A stretch of DNA of 62,087 nt from Candidatus Nanoarchaeia archaeon (GTDB taxonomy: Archaea > Nanobdellota > Nanobdellia > Woesearchaeales > JACQSR01). Position 1 is the first letter of the stretch, and each line of letters opens with the position of its first letter. The stretch is taken from the NCBI GenBank assembly GCA_035289105.1, contig DATDYF010000040.1, positions 1 through 62,087 on the forward strand, written 5' to 3'. The position numbers and the translations under genes were made by a program. Of the stretch, positions 47,971-56,964 are shown piece by piece. Below the pieces are notes generated by a model. The model saw nothing but the letters and a program-made list of their open reading frames with translations. It had not been told where the DNA came from and searched no databases.

Positions 47971-48816
47971 ATGGATGCAGGCAAAGCGATGGTGGTTTTT
48001 CAGGGTAAGAATATCAGAAGAGCGTGGCATAACAATGAGTGGTATTTTTCTGTAGTAGACGTTGTGGCTGCATTGACAGAAAGCGGAAGAGCCAGAAAAT
48101 ACTGGTCTGACCTAAAAATAAAGCTTACAGAGGAAGGTTTTGAGTTGTCCGCAAAAATCGGACAACTGAAATTAGTATCTGCTGATGGAAAGTCATATCT
48201 TACAGATTGTGTTAATGCAAAGAATGCTTTTAGGATAATCCAGTCAATCCCTTCTCCTAAAGCAGAGCCGTTCAAGCAGTGGCTTGCTCAGGTGGGTTAT
48301 GAGCGTGTTGAAGAGATACACAACCCAGAGCTAGCTCAAGCCAGAATGAGGGAAATCTATAAAGCAAAAGGATATTCAGATGAATGGATTGAAAAGAGGG
48401 TCAGAGGAATAGCGGTAAGGCAGGAGCTTACAGATGAATGGAAGAAGAGAAAGGTTGAGGAAGAGAGGGAGTTTGCGATATTGACAAATGATATAAGCAA
48501 AGCCACATTCGGAAAAACAGTGGAAGAATATAAAGAGTTCAAAGGGCTTAAAAGAGAGAGCTTAAGGGACCACATGAACGACCTTGAGCTGATATTTACA
48601 ATGCTTGGCGAAGCCTCAACAACAAGAATAGCTAGGAACAAAAATGCGCAGGGGTTTAGCGAAAACGAAGATGCTGCAAAAGAAGGCGGCAGTGTTGCTG
48701 GCATCGCAAGAAAGGAACTCGAAAAGAAAAGCGGAGAAAAAGTACCTTCCGAAGACAATTACCTTAATATGCCGGAAAGCAGGAAGAGGCTGGAAAACAA
48801 GGAAAAAGGCAAATAG
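47971..48816 (+). CDS. Bro-N domain protein (DinD/antirepressor-like)
   Basis: FQGKNIRRAWHNNEWYFSVVDVVAALTES N-terminal Bro-N pattern; helical C-terminus. Confidence 0.7.
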   Translation: MDAGKAMVVFQGKNIRRAWHNNEWYFSVVDVVAALTESGRARKYWSDLKIKLTEEGFELSAKIGQLKLVSADGKSYLTDCVNAKNAFRIIQSIPSPKAEPFKQWLAQVGYERVEEIHNPELAQARMREIYKAKGYSDEWIEKRVRGIAVRQELTDEWKKRKVEEEREFAILTNDISKATFGKTVEEYKEFKGLKRESLRDHMNDLELIFTMLGEASTTRIARNKNAQGFSENEDAAKEGGSVAGIARKELEKKSGEKVPSEDNYLNMPESRKRLENKEKGK

Positions 48817-48823
48817 CCATTAT

Positions 48824-48907
48824 GCCAGCGTCGCATAATCCGGCATTGCGCTTGCCTCGAAAGCAGGTGTCCGCAAGGACTTCCAGGTTCAAATCCTGGC
48901 GCTGGCG
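48824..48907 (+). tRNA. tRNA-Ser(CGA), class II, no intron
   Basis: GCCAGCG/CGCUGGC+G; anticodon loop CUCGAAA; variable arm UGUCCGCAAGGACUU; T-arm CCAGG-UUCAAAU-CCUGG. Confidence 0.85.
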
Positions 48908-48967
48908 TTAGTGAACAATTGTTGGAAGTAAGAATGTATTTAAACGCACGTCTGTTCCCCCGCTTAC

Positions 48968-50878
48968 ATGGTGACCTTAGAAGATTTTCTTGATCTTGAG
49001 CAGAAAAAAGAGGCTGGGGAAGACTTAGATAACCTTGAGAAACTTGCGAATGTTCTCAGATGCGAGGCATTTTCAACTATTCTCCATGCTGGTAATGGGC
49101 ATCCAGGAGCTAGCAGTTCGCTCGCAGAATTACTTACAGTCGCTTATTTTGGCGGCATATTTGATATCTATCACGATAATCCAAGAATTAAAGATAGAAC
49201 ACTCCTCTCGCTAAGAGGCCATGCAGGTCCGCTTCGATACAATATTTTCAGGCATTTAGGCTGGCTTGAAAAAGCTGAGCTTCTGAAATACAGGGTTTTC
49301 GGCGGGCTTCCTGGCCATGAGGACATGAAGATAGCCGGGGTAGACATTAGCCCAAGCGGAAGCCTTGGAAATGGATACGCTTCTACTATTGGTGCATCAT
49401 GGTTTCTGAATAGCAACGGAAGGGGGAATTACATCTTGGCCATACTTGGTGACGGAGAAGAGCAGGAGGGCATAGTGGCCGAGGCTGCAAGATTCGCTGG
49501 AAAGCATCGTCTGAAACGCTTAATTACCCTAATAGACAGAAATCGCAAGCAGCTCTCAGCGCCAACCTGTGAAGCAGATTCCACTAATCTGGAACAACTG
49601 TGGGAGGCGTATGGCTGGAATGTTATGCAAATTAGGAACGGACATGACATCAAAGAAATCTATGATATTTTTCAAAAGGCTAAAGAAGCGTCCCAACGAG
49701 GGCCCGTGTGCATTTTGGCGGAGACTATAAAAGGATTAGGCATTCCAGGAAATTTGGAAGAGCCTACCGGGTATCACCAAGCGTATTTGAAAGGGTACAT
49801 CATTAAACCGACACCGCTAAGCGAGGCTGTAGAGACACTAAAGATAAAGATTGCGCATTACGACTGTATGCCTTTTGTTCCTGTCTTTAGGACTAGCACA
49901 GGCTTATTGGAAGTGGAACCTAAAGAACGAAAGACCATCAATATAGACCCTGAGAAGGAAAAGGGCAACGCATTCCACTACTTTGAGGAATTTTTTGCGA
50001 GGTTTCTGGAGAAAACAGACTCTGATCTTTACGTGCTTACAGCTGATTATGTTCCCCAGAATTTCCTTCAATTGTTCCGTGGCCAAGAAAGGGTAAAATA
50101 CGTAAATGTAGGAATACGGGAACAATACCTGATAGGGATGGTACACGGGATACAAATCCTCGACCCGAATACAAGGATACTTGTGCTTTACGGAGATGCA
50201 TTTATAGGAAGGGCAATGGATCAGATACTTGAGTTATCACAATCAGATGATAATGCTGTTATCTACTCATACCAAGCTGGATTGAGCGGAGCATTAAACG
50301 GAATGACCCACCAATCGGCAGTGCAGACTAACATGCTGAGAAGTTTGCCTAATGTCACCATCTACGAGCCGAATTCCAAAACAGATTTCTTCAGGGCCAT
50401 GAATGTCGCACTGGATAGGGGGGGCATCAACGTCATCAGGGCACATAAACTGGAAACACCGTTTGAGTACCGTGGTTTTAAGCCGGGACCCTACTACGAA
50501 ATAGGCGAGGTTGGTGATCCCGACGCATGTGTTGTTGCAAATGGCATGGTGCTAGACGAAGCCGTCAACGCGGTGTCGCTGCTGCGGAAGGATGGAATAG
50601 AATGCAGGCTGATAAATCTTGTAGAACATAACTTTGACGGAATTGAGGAAGCGGTACCTGCCAATAGGCCCCTGATCACAGTATACAATGGGCATCCATA
50701 TACACTTGCCGAGCCCCTTTCTAAGTATTTTGCTGGAAAAAAGTTCGGACCTTCACACATCGTTGCTTTGGGTTTTACACAGGGAGAAACTGGGGAGGTT
50801 CACGATTTGTTACGCCATTTTGGCTTGAATGCGGAGAGCATCGCTCGCTCTGTGGCTTCCCATCTAGAAACACTATAA
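48968..50878 (+). CDS. tkt: transketolase (N- and C-terminal halves fused, divergent)
   Basis: GHPGASSSLAELL, GDGEEQEG ThDP motif, pyrimidine-binding and C-terminal domains. Confidence 0.8.
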   Translation: MVTLEDFLDLEQKKEAGEDLDNLEKLANVLRCEAFSTILHAGNGHPGASSSLAELLTVAYFGGIFDIYHDNPRIKDRTLLSLRGHAGPLRYNIFRHLGWLEKAELLKYRVFGGLPGHEDMKIAGVDISPSGSLGNGYASTIGASWFLNSNGRGNYILAILGDGEEQEGIVAEAARFAGKHRLKRLITLIDRNRKQLSAPTCEADSTNLEQLWEAYGWNVMQIRNGHDIKEIYDIFQKAKEASQRGPVCILAETIKGLGIPGNLEEPTGYHQAYLKGYIIKPTPLSEAVETLKIKIAHYDCMPFVPVFRTSTGLLEVEPKERKTINIDPEKEKGNAFHYFEEFFARFLEKTDSDLYVLTADYVPQNFLQLFRGQERVKYVNVGIREQYLIGMVHGIQILDPNTRILVLYGDAFIGRAMDQILELSQSDDNAVIYSYQAGLSGALNGMTHQSAVQTNMLRSLPNVTIYEPNSKTDFFRAMNVALDRGGINVIRAHKLETPFEYRGFKPGPYYEIGEVGDPDACVVANGMVLDEAVNAVSLLRKDGIECRLINLVEHNFDGIEEAVPANRPLITVYNGHPYTLAEPLSKYFAGKKFGPSHIVALGFTQGETGEVHDLLRHFGLNAESIARSVASHLETL

Positions 50879-51568
50879 GTCCAGATATCCCTTAAATCTT
50901 TCGTAGTTGAAATCAGTTTGCATTGTTCCGTTTATAGTCCTGATTCTTTCGTGCATCGCTGCCAACTTGCCAAAAAGATTTTCCGGACATTCCCTATTTT
51001 TATTTTTGGGCAGGGTAGATGCAACGTTCTGGAGCAAATATCCCTGCTGAAGCTCTAAATATGTTTCTCTCAAGGCATCGAGTACGTGTTTCTGCATGGC
51101 AACCTGGTCAACAACACTTGTTCTAGTGTGCCTTCTGATGCTTTCCTCGATGGGTAATTCAAACAAGGTTATATCGGTGTCCAGATAATTCGGATTTCGC
51201 TGAATTAAGTCAACTGCTGATTGGTACAATTTGTTTTTTGCTGCAGTGCTTAGATGGCCTACCTTATGATAGGCTGTTGGCCAGACAAATCCGCAGTCAA
51301 TCACGCCTCTGTCGAATATTAGAATCCCTACATTCTCCCTTTCAATCTGAAGGAATAGTTTGTGATGGCGATAAATGGACATGTTAAATGATATTATTCT
51401 GTTCTCAAGTTCTTTTTCTGGATCAGCGCGGGATAAATCTTCATCAATCTCCATATCAATTCTCCCATCAAAAAAGGATGCATCTACATTCTTGAATTCA
51501 GTTAGGACTCTTTTTATCAAGGTCGTTTTTCCTGATGCTGGAATGCCCAGCGTTTCGAAGATTTTCAT
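50873..51568 (-). CDS. P-loop kinase-like protein (dNK/NMP-kinase fold)
   Basis: Walker A GIPASGKTTL at the N-terminus and DRGVID (Walker B-like). Confidence 0.6.
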   Translation of the reverse strand: MKIFETLGIPASGKTTLIKRVLTEFKNVDASFFDGRIDMEIDEDLSRADPEKELENRIISFNMSIYRHHKLFLQIERENVGILIFDRGVIDCGFVWPTAYHKVGHLSTAAKNKLYQSAVDLIQRNPNYLDTDITLFELPIEESIRRHTRTSVVDQVAMQKHVLDALRETYLELQQGYLLQNVASTLPKNKNRECPENLFGKLAAMHERIRTINGTMQTDFNYERFKGYLDL

Positions 51569-51689
51569 GTGGGTTAGAGGTAATGGTGAATGCTATAAAA
51601 AGGTTATATTTTTTGGATACTAAACCGATTAAAAAACTGAAGGAAAAAAATAGTTATTAGATTGTAAATACACTCTTCTTTGTTCTTTG

Positions 51690-52049
51690 CTATGATCTTT
51701 TCTTTCCAAAGCTGAAGTATTTCTCAATTGTGATTTCTCCCTCGGTGTAGTCTTTTGGGTCTGGGCGTCCTGGCATTTCTGTGCGCCTGGGAGGCTCTTG
51801 AACCTGTTGTTGGGGCACTGCAACCTGCACAGGTTGAACTGCCTGCTCAAATCTCTGCTGGTTTACCTTTGTTTTCAGCTCAGAAATCTCCTCCTGGAGC
51901 CTTGCTATCTTTCCATTGGCTGCATCAAGCTCATTCTTCAGCCTGCCAACACTCTGCTCGACCATCATCTGGAATTTCTTCTCAAGCAGATAATCGTTCG
52001 ATAACCCACTATCTAGGTTTGGCTTAAGCATTACGTTTTCCATTTTCAA
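51690..52049 (-). CDS. hypothetical coiled-coil protein
   Basis: 119 aa; heptad region LKNELDAANGKIARLQEEISELKTK; 4-nt overlap with the upstream gene. Confidence 0.4.
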   Translation of the reverse strand: MKMENVMLKPNLDSGLSNDYLLEKKFQMMVEQSVGRLKNELDAANGKIARLQEEISELKTKVNQQRFEQAVQPVQVAVPQQQVQEPPRRTEMPGRPDPKDYTEGEITIEKYFSFGKKRS

Positions 52050-52786
52050 TCGTGAAAGTTTTGTTTGATGAAGTCAACCATCACTTCATTTTGGGCAAGG
52101 CCGTATGCTTCCAATGCCTTTGATATCATTTCTTCTTTCAGGCATAAATCGCCAACAAGGCTTAATCTTTCCTTGTCGCCTGCAAGCTCAAACGCCTTTA
52201 TTGCAATGTCAAACTGCCTTTCCTGAACGCACTTCTCGCCTAACTCGACAAGCTTGTTTGAATCCTTTATGGTTGAAAATATCTCAAGCGCGTAATCCCA
52301 TTTGTACTTGGTTATGCATTGGTCGCCTACCTCGAGCAAACTTGAATTATCTCCAATCGAACTGAATGCCTTGATGGCATGCTCCAATCTTCCATCCTCA
52401 AGGAATTTTCTGCCAAGATGAATCAGCTTTTCCTTATTGTTTGAAAGCCGGTAAACCTCGATGCAGTTGTCGAATTGGGATAATCTTTCGTAATCCGTCC
52501 CAATCTCATTCAGCTTTTCCCTGTTAGCCGCCATCACGAAGCATTTTACGGCATCGTCCAGATTGCCTTTTCTCCTGTACTCTTCGCCAAGCGCGCTTAG
52601 AATCTCAGAGCGAAGCTCAGGGCTAAACATAGACAAATCAAGGCCGTTTATTCCTTTCCTCATCAGCGAAGGCACCAAGCGGCTAAACTTGTTTGCTTCT
52701 GTGTTGCTTTGGAAGAACCTTTCATTGTCTTCCACAATGTTCAGCACCATCTTTTTTATCGTGGGATTGTTTTCCATTTTTCTCAC
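52046..52786 (-). CDS. helical repeat protein (about 5.5 x 30-aa repeats)
   Basis: Repeat units of the form xxxFDxAIKAFxxxGDxxxLxxxGxxC. Confidence 0.5.
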   Translation of the reverse strand: MRKMENNPTIKKMVLNIVEDNERFFQSNTEANKFSRLVPSLMRKGINGLDLSMFSPELRSEILSALGEEYRRKGNLDDAVKCFVMAANREKLNEIGTDYERLSQFDNCIEVYRLSNNKEKLIHLGRKFLEDGRLEHAIKAFSSIGDNSSLLEVGDQCITKYKWDYALEIFSTIKDSNKLVELGEKCVQERQFDIAIKAFELAGDKERLSLVGDLCLKEEMISKALEAYGLAQNEVMVDFIKQNFHD

Positions 52787-52914
52787 CTTGTTAGAGGGCT
52801 TTCCCTATGATTTGGCTACTAAAGTGATACTAGTATATAAATTTTACTCTTTTGTATACTACTATACTAATCTATTTGCAAAGGTATATAAGAAATATGA
52901 CCAGCCATTGGGCT

Positions 52915-53931
52915 ATGAGAAAGATAGCAATATTCCTTATTATCGCATTACTCTTGCTTGGCTGCACAAAGCCGATAGAACCAAAACCGATTATTGTGGA
53001 TATAGACGAAGGCGCCACCTCACGGGGCTTCTTTATTGGAACTTCAGGGTATGCCCCGGCCAACTTTCCTTCTTCGAGCTCTGCTGAAGTACAGGCATTC
53101 TGGAGCGATGTTGGCAAGTCTGGAGAGCTTTTCGGGGTACATACAGACTGGAAGGAAACTGGCATAATTGCGGTTTCTTCCCAATTTTCAGATCTGGTTT
53201 TGGTGCTTGGATTCCAGAAGCCTGAAGAGTGGGAAAATGATGTAGAGGAATTGAAAGACTCTATAAGGGACATTCTAAGGGATAATCCAAGAGTAAAGTA
53301 TCTGGCAATAGGCAATGAAGTCAACACACTTTACGAGCAGTTCCCAAACCAGTTTGACAATTTTGTTTCTGCGTATAAAGAGGTTTATCAAAGCGTAAAG
53401 GCAGAATTTCCAAACGTAAAAGTCTTTACAACATTCCAGCTTGAAGCCATGAAAGGCAAGGGCTATCTGACCGGAAAGGCAAGGGAGGAAGAGTGGTTTT
53501 TGCTTTCAAAGTTTGGTGATTCATTAGATATTGCCGGCTTTACAACTTACTCTTATTTTGATTATACTGACCCTGACAAGATTCCTTCTGATTATTACGG
53601 CGAGATAAAGCAATACACAAACAAGCCGGTTGCCTTTACAGAAATAGGCTGGCCTGCGCGGTCAAGATGGGGCGGGAAGCTTTCAAAGCTAAATGAGCAG
53701 GGGTTTACAGGCTCTGAGAAAGAGCAGGTTGATTTCCTCAATAGGTTCTTGGATACAACAAAGAGTTTGGATTTGGAGTTTGTAAACTGGATTTTCATAA
53801 ACGATATTGTTGCATGGAAAGATGGGGAAGAGCCAAAGCAGTTTCCTCTTTTTGATTCCATCGGACTGAAATACCACGATGGAACAGCTAAAGAAGCCTG
53901 GAATGAATGGCTAAAGCTGAAGTCTACCTAG
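52915..53931 (+). CDS. secreted lipobox glycoside hydrolase, clan GH-A (GH17-like motifs)
   Basis: MRKIAIFLIIALLLLGC lipobox; AIGNEVN (acid/base) and FTEIGWP (nucleophile). Confidence 0.65.
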   Translation: MRKIAIFLIIALLLLGCTKPIEPKPIIVDIDEGATSRGFFIGTSGYAPANFPSSSSAEVQAFWSDVGKSGELFGVHTDWKETGIIAVSSQFSDLVLVLGFQKPEEWENDVEELKDSIRDILRDNPRVKYLAIGNEVNTLYEQFPNQFDNFVSAYKEVYQSVKAEFPNVKVFTTFQLEAMKGKGYLTGKAREEEWFLLSKFGDSLDIAGFTTYSYFDYTDPDKIPSDYYGEIKQYTNKPVAFTEIGWPARSRWGGKLSKLNEQGFTGSEKEQVDFLNRFLDTTKSLDLEFVNWIFINDIVAWKDGEEPKQFPLFDSIGLKYHDGTAKEAWNEWLKLKST

Positions 53932-54228
53932 AACATCCCTGCAGTCTTCCACCTTCATTCCGAAAAAGGGATATTTTTGGCACGTTTCCGGCCTTGAAGG
54001 GTATATTTTGCAGGAATACATTCCTTTGCTTTTCTCAAGAAATATGCAATCTCCGTTGCTATTGCTAAGCATCTTAGTTTTTCTTCTTGGGCCATAACTC
54101 TCGGCAAACTCTTCTTTGCTGTAGCCGAGTTTCTTTATTCTTGCCATATCTTCAGAATCCAGCAGGATTATAACTTTCCTGCAGCATTTTCCGCAACCCC
54201 TGTCGCACTTGAATGTTTTTCTGTTCAT
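53911..54228 (-). CDS. YkgJ-family Cys-cluster protein
   Basis: CDRGCGKCC N-terminal motif plus C-terminal Cys residues. Confidence 0.7.
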   Translation of the reverse strand: MNRKTFKCDRGCGKCCRKVIILLDSEDMARIKKLGYSKEEFAESYGPRRKTKMLSNSNGDCIFLEKSKGMYSCKIYPSRPETCQKYPFFGMKVEDCRDVLGRLQL

Positions 54229-55712
54229 CCTATATGGACCATCTGCGATTCGCCCAGTGTTTCCTTGGCATAGGAAAGGCGCTGCCTGTTGTCTGAGTAT
54301 ACTGTATAGAGCAAGTCTCCCTTCTTTACAGCATCATTCCGGTGCTTGTAGAAATAAATCCCTGCACCCTTGTCCAAAGGGGCGCCGGCAATTCTCGCAA
54401 CCTTGCTTACAATCCTGTTGTCTATGTCAAGAAGCTTTCCGGACTTGGCTGAGCGGAAATTGAAGGTGAACTTTCCCAGCCTTATATCACTCGGCATGAT
54501 ATCAGGATTTCCGCCCTGCGCCTTGATTATCTGCTTCATTTTCTTGTAGGCTGTGCCAGAGCGCAGAACCTGCTCGATAAGCTCCCTTGAATTCTTTGTG
54601 CCAACCATTTCCACCATCGCAACGCACATGGCTATTGCCTTTTCCCTCAGGTCAGCCGGAGCACGCTTGTCGTTTTTCAGGATGTAGAGCACGTCTCTTG
54701 CCTCTAATGCCGGCCCTATGCCATTGCCTATCGGCTCAGAGCCATCTGTTATCATAACTGAGATTTTCATGCCAAGCATCCTGCCAATCTTCACAAACTT
54801 CTTTTCAAGCCTCTTCGCCTTTGCAAGGGTCTTAATCTTGGTTTCCTCGCCGATTGGGATGTCTATTAGTACATGTGTAGCCCCTACAGCAAGCTTTTTT
54901 GCAAGTATGGACGCAAGAAGCATGCCTTCCGGGTCGAGAGCCAATGGGTTTCTGATTTTAATCAGCTTGTCATCCGCGCTTGCAAGATTTAAGCCGCCCC
55001 CCCAGACTATGCAGCCGTTAACCTTCTTCAGTATCTTCTTTATCTTCTCTGCAGGAAAGGAAACTGGAGCCAACACCTCCATTGTGTCTGCCGTGCCAGC
55101 GGGGCTTGTTATGCTCCTTGAAGAGGTCTTTGGCACAAAATAGCCTAAGGAAGTAAGTATAGGCACAATTATCATGGTAGTCCTGTTGTTTGGAACTCCG
55201 CCAGTGCAATGCTTGTCAAGAATTGGGCCATCCTTTACATTTATCCTGTCGCCGTATTTTACAATTGATTTTGTGAGTGCAATAGTTTCCCTGTCGTTTA
55301 GGCGGTTGATATAGCAGCCAGAAATGAAATAGGTTAGCTCAACGTCAGAAAGTTCGCCGTCTACAATCCCCTTTACTACCCTGTCTATTTCCTCCTCCCT
55401 TAGCGTCTTTCCATCAAGCTTCGACCTGATGAATGCTATGGACTCTGGCTTTTTTGCAACACTTACCCCTACCAAATCCCCAGCCTTTGCGTTAAGGGCA
55501 GAAAGAACCTCTTCGAAAAAGCCTATGCTGCCCTTAGGAACAGCCCTTTCGGACTCCCCAATGTCAAGGATTACAGTTACCTTTCTTCTGCCTTTTTGGA
55601 TTTCAATGCGGTCCAGATTATGCAAATCATAGCGGTGGGCATCAACCCTGTTGAGAATTGTGATTAGGGGGCCTCCAGTTGCAATGTCCATGTCCTTAAC
55701 TTTGAGCTGCAT
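54225..55712 (-). CDS. deoA: AMP phosphorylase (archaeal thymidine-phosphorylase family)
   Basis: N-terminal extension MQLKVKDMDIATGG..., HCTGGVPNNRTT, 495 aa. Confidence 0.9.
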   Translation of the reverse strand: MQLKVKDMDIATGGPLITILNRVDAHRYDLHNLDRIEIQKGRRKVTVILDIGESERAVPKGSIGFFEEVLSALNAKAGDLVGVSVAKKPESIAFIRSKLDGKTLREEEIDRVVKGIVDGELSDVELTYFISGCYINRLNDRETIALTKSIVKYGDRINVKDGPILDKHCTGGVPNNRTTMIIVPILTSLGYFVPKTSSRSITSPAGTADTMEVLAPVSFPAEKIKKILKKVNGCIVWGGGLNLASADDKLIKIRNPLALDPEGMLLASILAKKLAVGATHVLIDIPIGEETKIKTLAKAKRLEKKFVKIGRMLGMKISVMITDGSEPIGNGIGPALEARDVLYILKNDKRAPADLREKAIAMCVAMVEMVGTKNSRELIEQVLRSGTAYKKMKQIIKAQGGNPDIMPSDIRLGKFTFNFRSAKSGKLLDIDNRIVSKVARIAGAPLDKGAGIYFYKHRNDAVKKGDLLYTVYSDNRQRLSYAKETLGESQMVHIG

Positions 55713-55734
55713 TTGACACCTTTTTTGGTTTTGT

Positions 55735-55936
55735 CAAGAACCACCGGTCAGAGACCGGTGGAATGAAGCGTAAGCTCTTTCTTCCTTGCAGACCAGTGGT
55801 TCTTGAGCATGCTCAGAATTTTCTGCTCATCAACTTGAGCAAAGCTTGCCACTAGTCTGAGACTAGTGGAAAATTCTGACATTTTAACCACCAAACCCCG
55901 TACCTTTTAAATTTTTCTGTGAAACTAGTTTCACAG
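55735..55936. repeat. cluster of related palindromes / nested inverted repeats in a divergent intergenic region
   Basis: CCACCGGTC-AGA-GACCGGTGG (55741-61); CCACTAGTC-TGA-GACTAGTGG (55849-69); CAAGAACCACCGGTC vs GACCAGTGGTTCTTG (55735-49 / 55791-805); CAGAATTTTC vs GAAAATTCTG; CTGTGAAAC-TA-GTTTCACAG (55917-36). Confidence 0.6.
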
Positions 55937-55984
55937 TTATTTAAATAAGGTGTTTCTATTTTTTACAGCTAAAGGTGGTCAAAT

Positions 55985-56443
55985 ATGAAAAAGACAATCA
56001 TAGTTGTTAGCTTGATAATTGCAATGGCATTGTTAGTTGCCGGATGCTCTGAAAAGCCCCAATTAAACCTGCCGGAGAAAAAGATTACCGTATTCAAGTC
56101 TCCAACATGCGGGTGCTGCGATATTTACTCAAAATACATGAAAAACCAGGGGTTTGAGGTGGAAGTGACAAACACATATGATATGGACCCTATCAAAAGC
56201 AAGTATAGCATTCCACCTCAGCTTACAAGCTGCCACACCACAATAGTTGGAGATTATTTTGTGGAAGGGCATGTTCCATTTGAGGCTGTTGTTAAGCTCC
56301 TTACAGAAAAGCCGGATATCGCAGGAATTGGAATGCCTGGGATGCCGTCCGGAAGCCCGGGAATGCAGGGGGCAAAGCAAGGGCAGTTTGTTATCTCGGC
56401 AGTCGGCAAAGACGGCAGCATATCAGAGTTCATGAGGATTTGA
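55985..56443 (+). CDS. DUF411 (CopG-like) metal-binding lipobox protein
   Basis: LLVAGC lipobox; SPTCGCC, SCHTT, EGHVP, GMPGMPSGSPGM. AGGTGG 7 nt upstream of the ATG. Confidence 0.8.
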   Translation: MKKTIIVVSLIIAMALLVAGCSEKPQLNLPEKKITVFKSPTCGCCDIYSKYMKNQGFEVEVTNTYDMDPIKSKYSIPPQLTSCHTTIVGDYFVEGHVPFEAVVKLLTEKPDIAGIGMPGMPSGSPGMQGAKQGQFVISAVGKDGSISEFMRI

Positions 56444-56444
56444 G

Positions 56445-56960
56445 ATGAAAAAGCTGCTAGCGTTCCTTACAGCATTGATTGCACTTGAAAGCGTTCATGC
56501 GCATTGCCCGCTGTGCACAGTAGGCGCTGCGGCTGCTGCTGGGGGAGCTGCCTACCTTGGAGTTAGCAATGTGGTTATTGGAATCTTCATAGGAGCATTT
56601 GCCGTTTCCATGGGGTGGTGGGTTTCAAGGCTAATCAAGAGGCAGTTTGTTAGGTTCCAGATGCCACTCATAATTTTGCTGTCATTTGCCACGACAGTTA
56701 TTCCCATGATGCCCTTAATTAAAGGGTATTATCCGCTTTATGTTTCGGTCATTGGCGACTACGGCGGCATATACTTAATTAACCTTTTTTTGGCCGGAAG
56801 CTTTGCCGGCGGCTTTATCGTGTCAATCACGCCATGGCTAAGCAAGAAGATTGGAGACTTAAGGGGAAATATGCTGCCCTATCAGGGGATAGTACTTACT
56901 TTCCTCATGCTAATTTTGACCAGCGCAGCTGTTGAAGCAGCCAGATATTTCAGCGGGTGA
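56445..56960 (+). CDS. membrane protein with N-terminal HCPLC motif
   Basis: Signal-like N-terminus, CxxC, then 4 TM helices; 1-nt spacing to the DUF411 gene. Confidence 0.5.
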   Translation: MKKLLAFLTALIALESVHAHCPLCTVGAAAAAGGAAYLGVSNVVIGIFIGAFAVSMGWWVSRLIKRQFVRFQMPLIILLSFATTVIPMMPLIKGYYPLYVSVIGDYGGIYLINLFLAGSFAGGFIVSITPWLSKKIGDLRGNMLPYQGIVLTFLMLILTSAAVEAARYFSG

Positions 56961-56964
56961 AACA

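Noticed and set aside
51629-51850. 73-aa minus-strand ORF downstream of the coiled-coil gene.
   Set aside because: It overlaps the better-supported 51690-52049 ORF in another frame, and has basic low-complexity composition.
55801-55845. Possible degenerate duplicate of the AMP phosphorylase 5' end (GCTCAAGTTGATGAGC vs GCTCAAAGTTAAGGAC).
   Set aside because: There are only about 12/16 matches with a gap, which is too weak to distinguish from chance. It is mentioned only because terminal duplications occur elsewhere.
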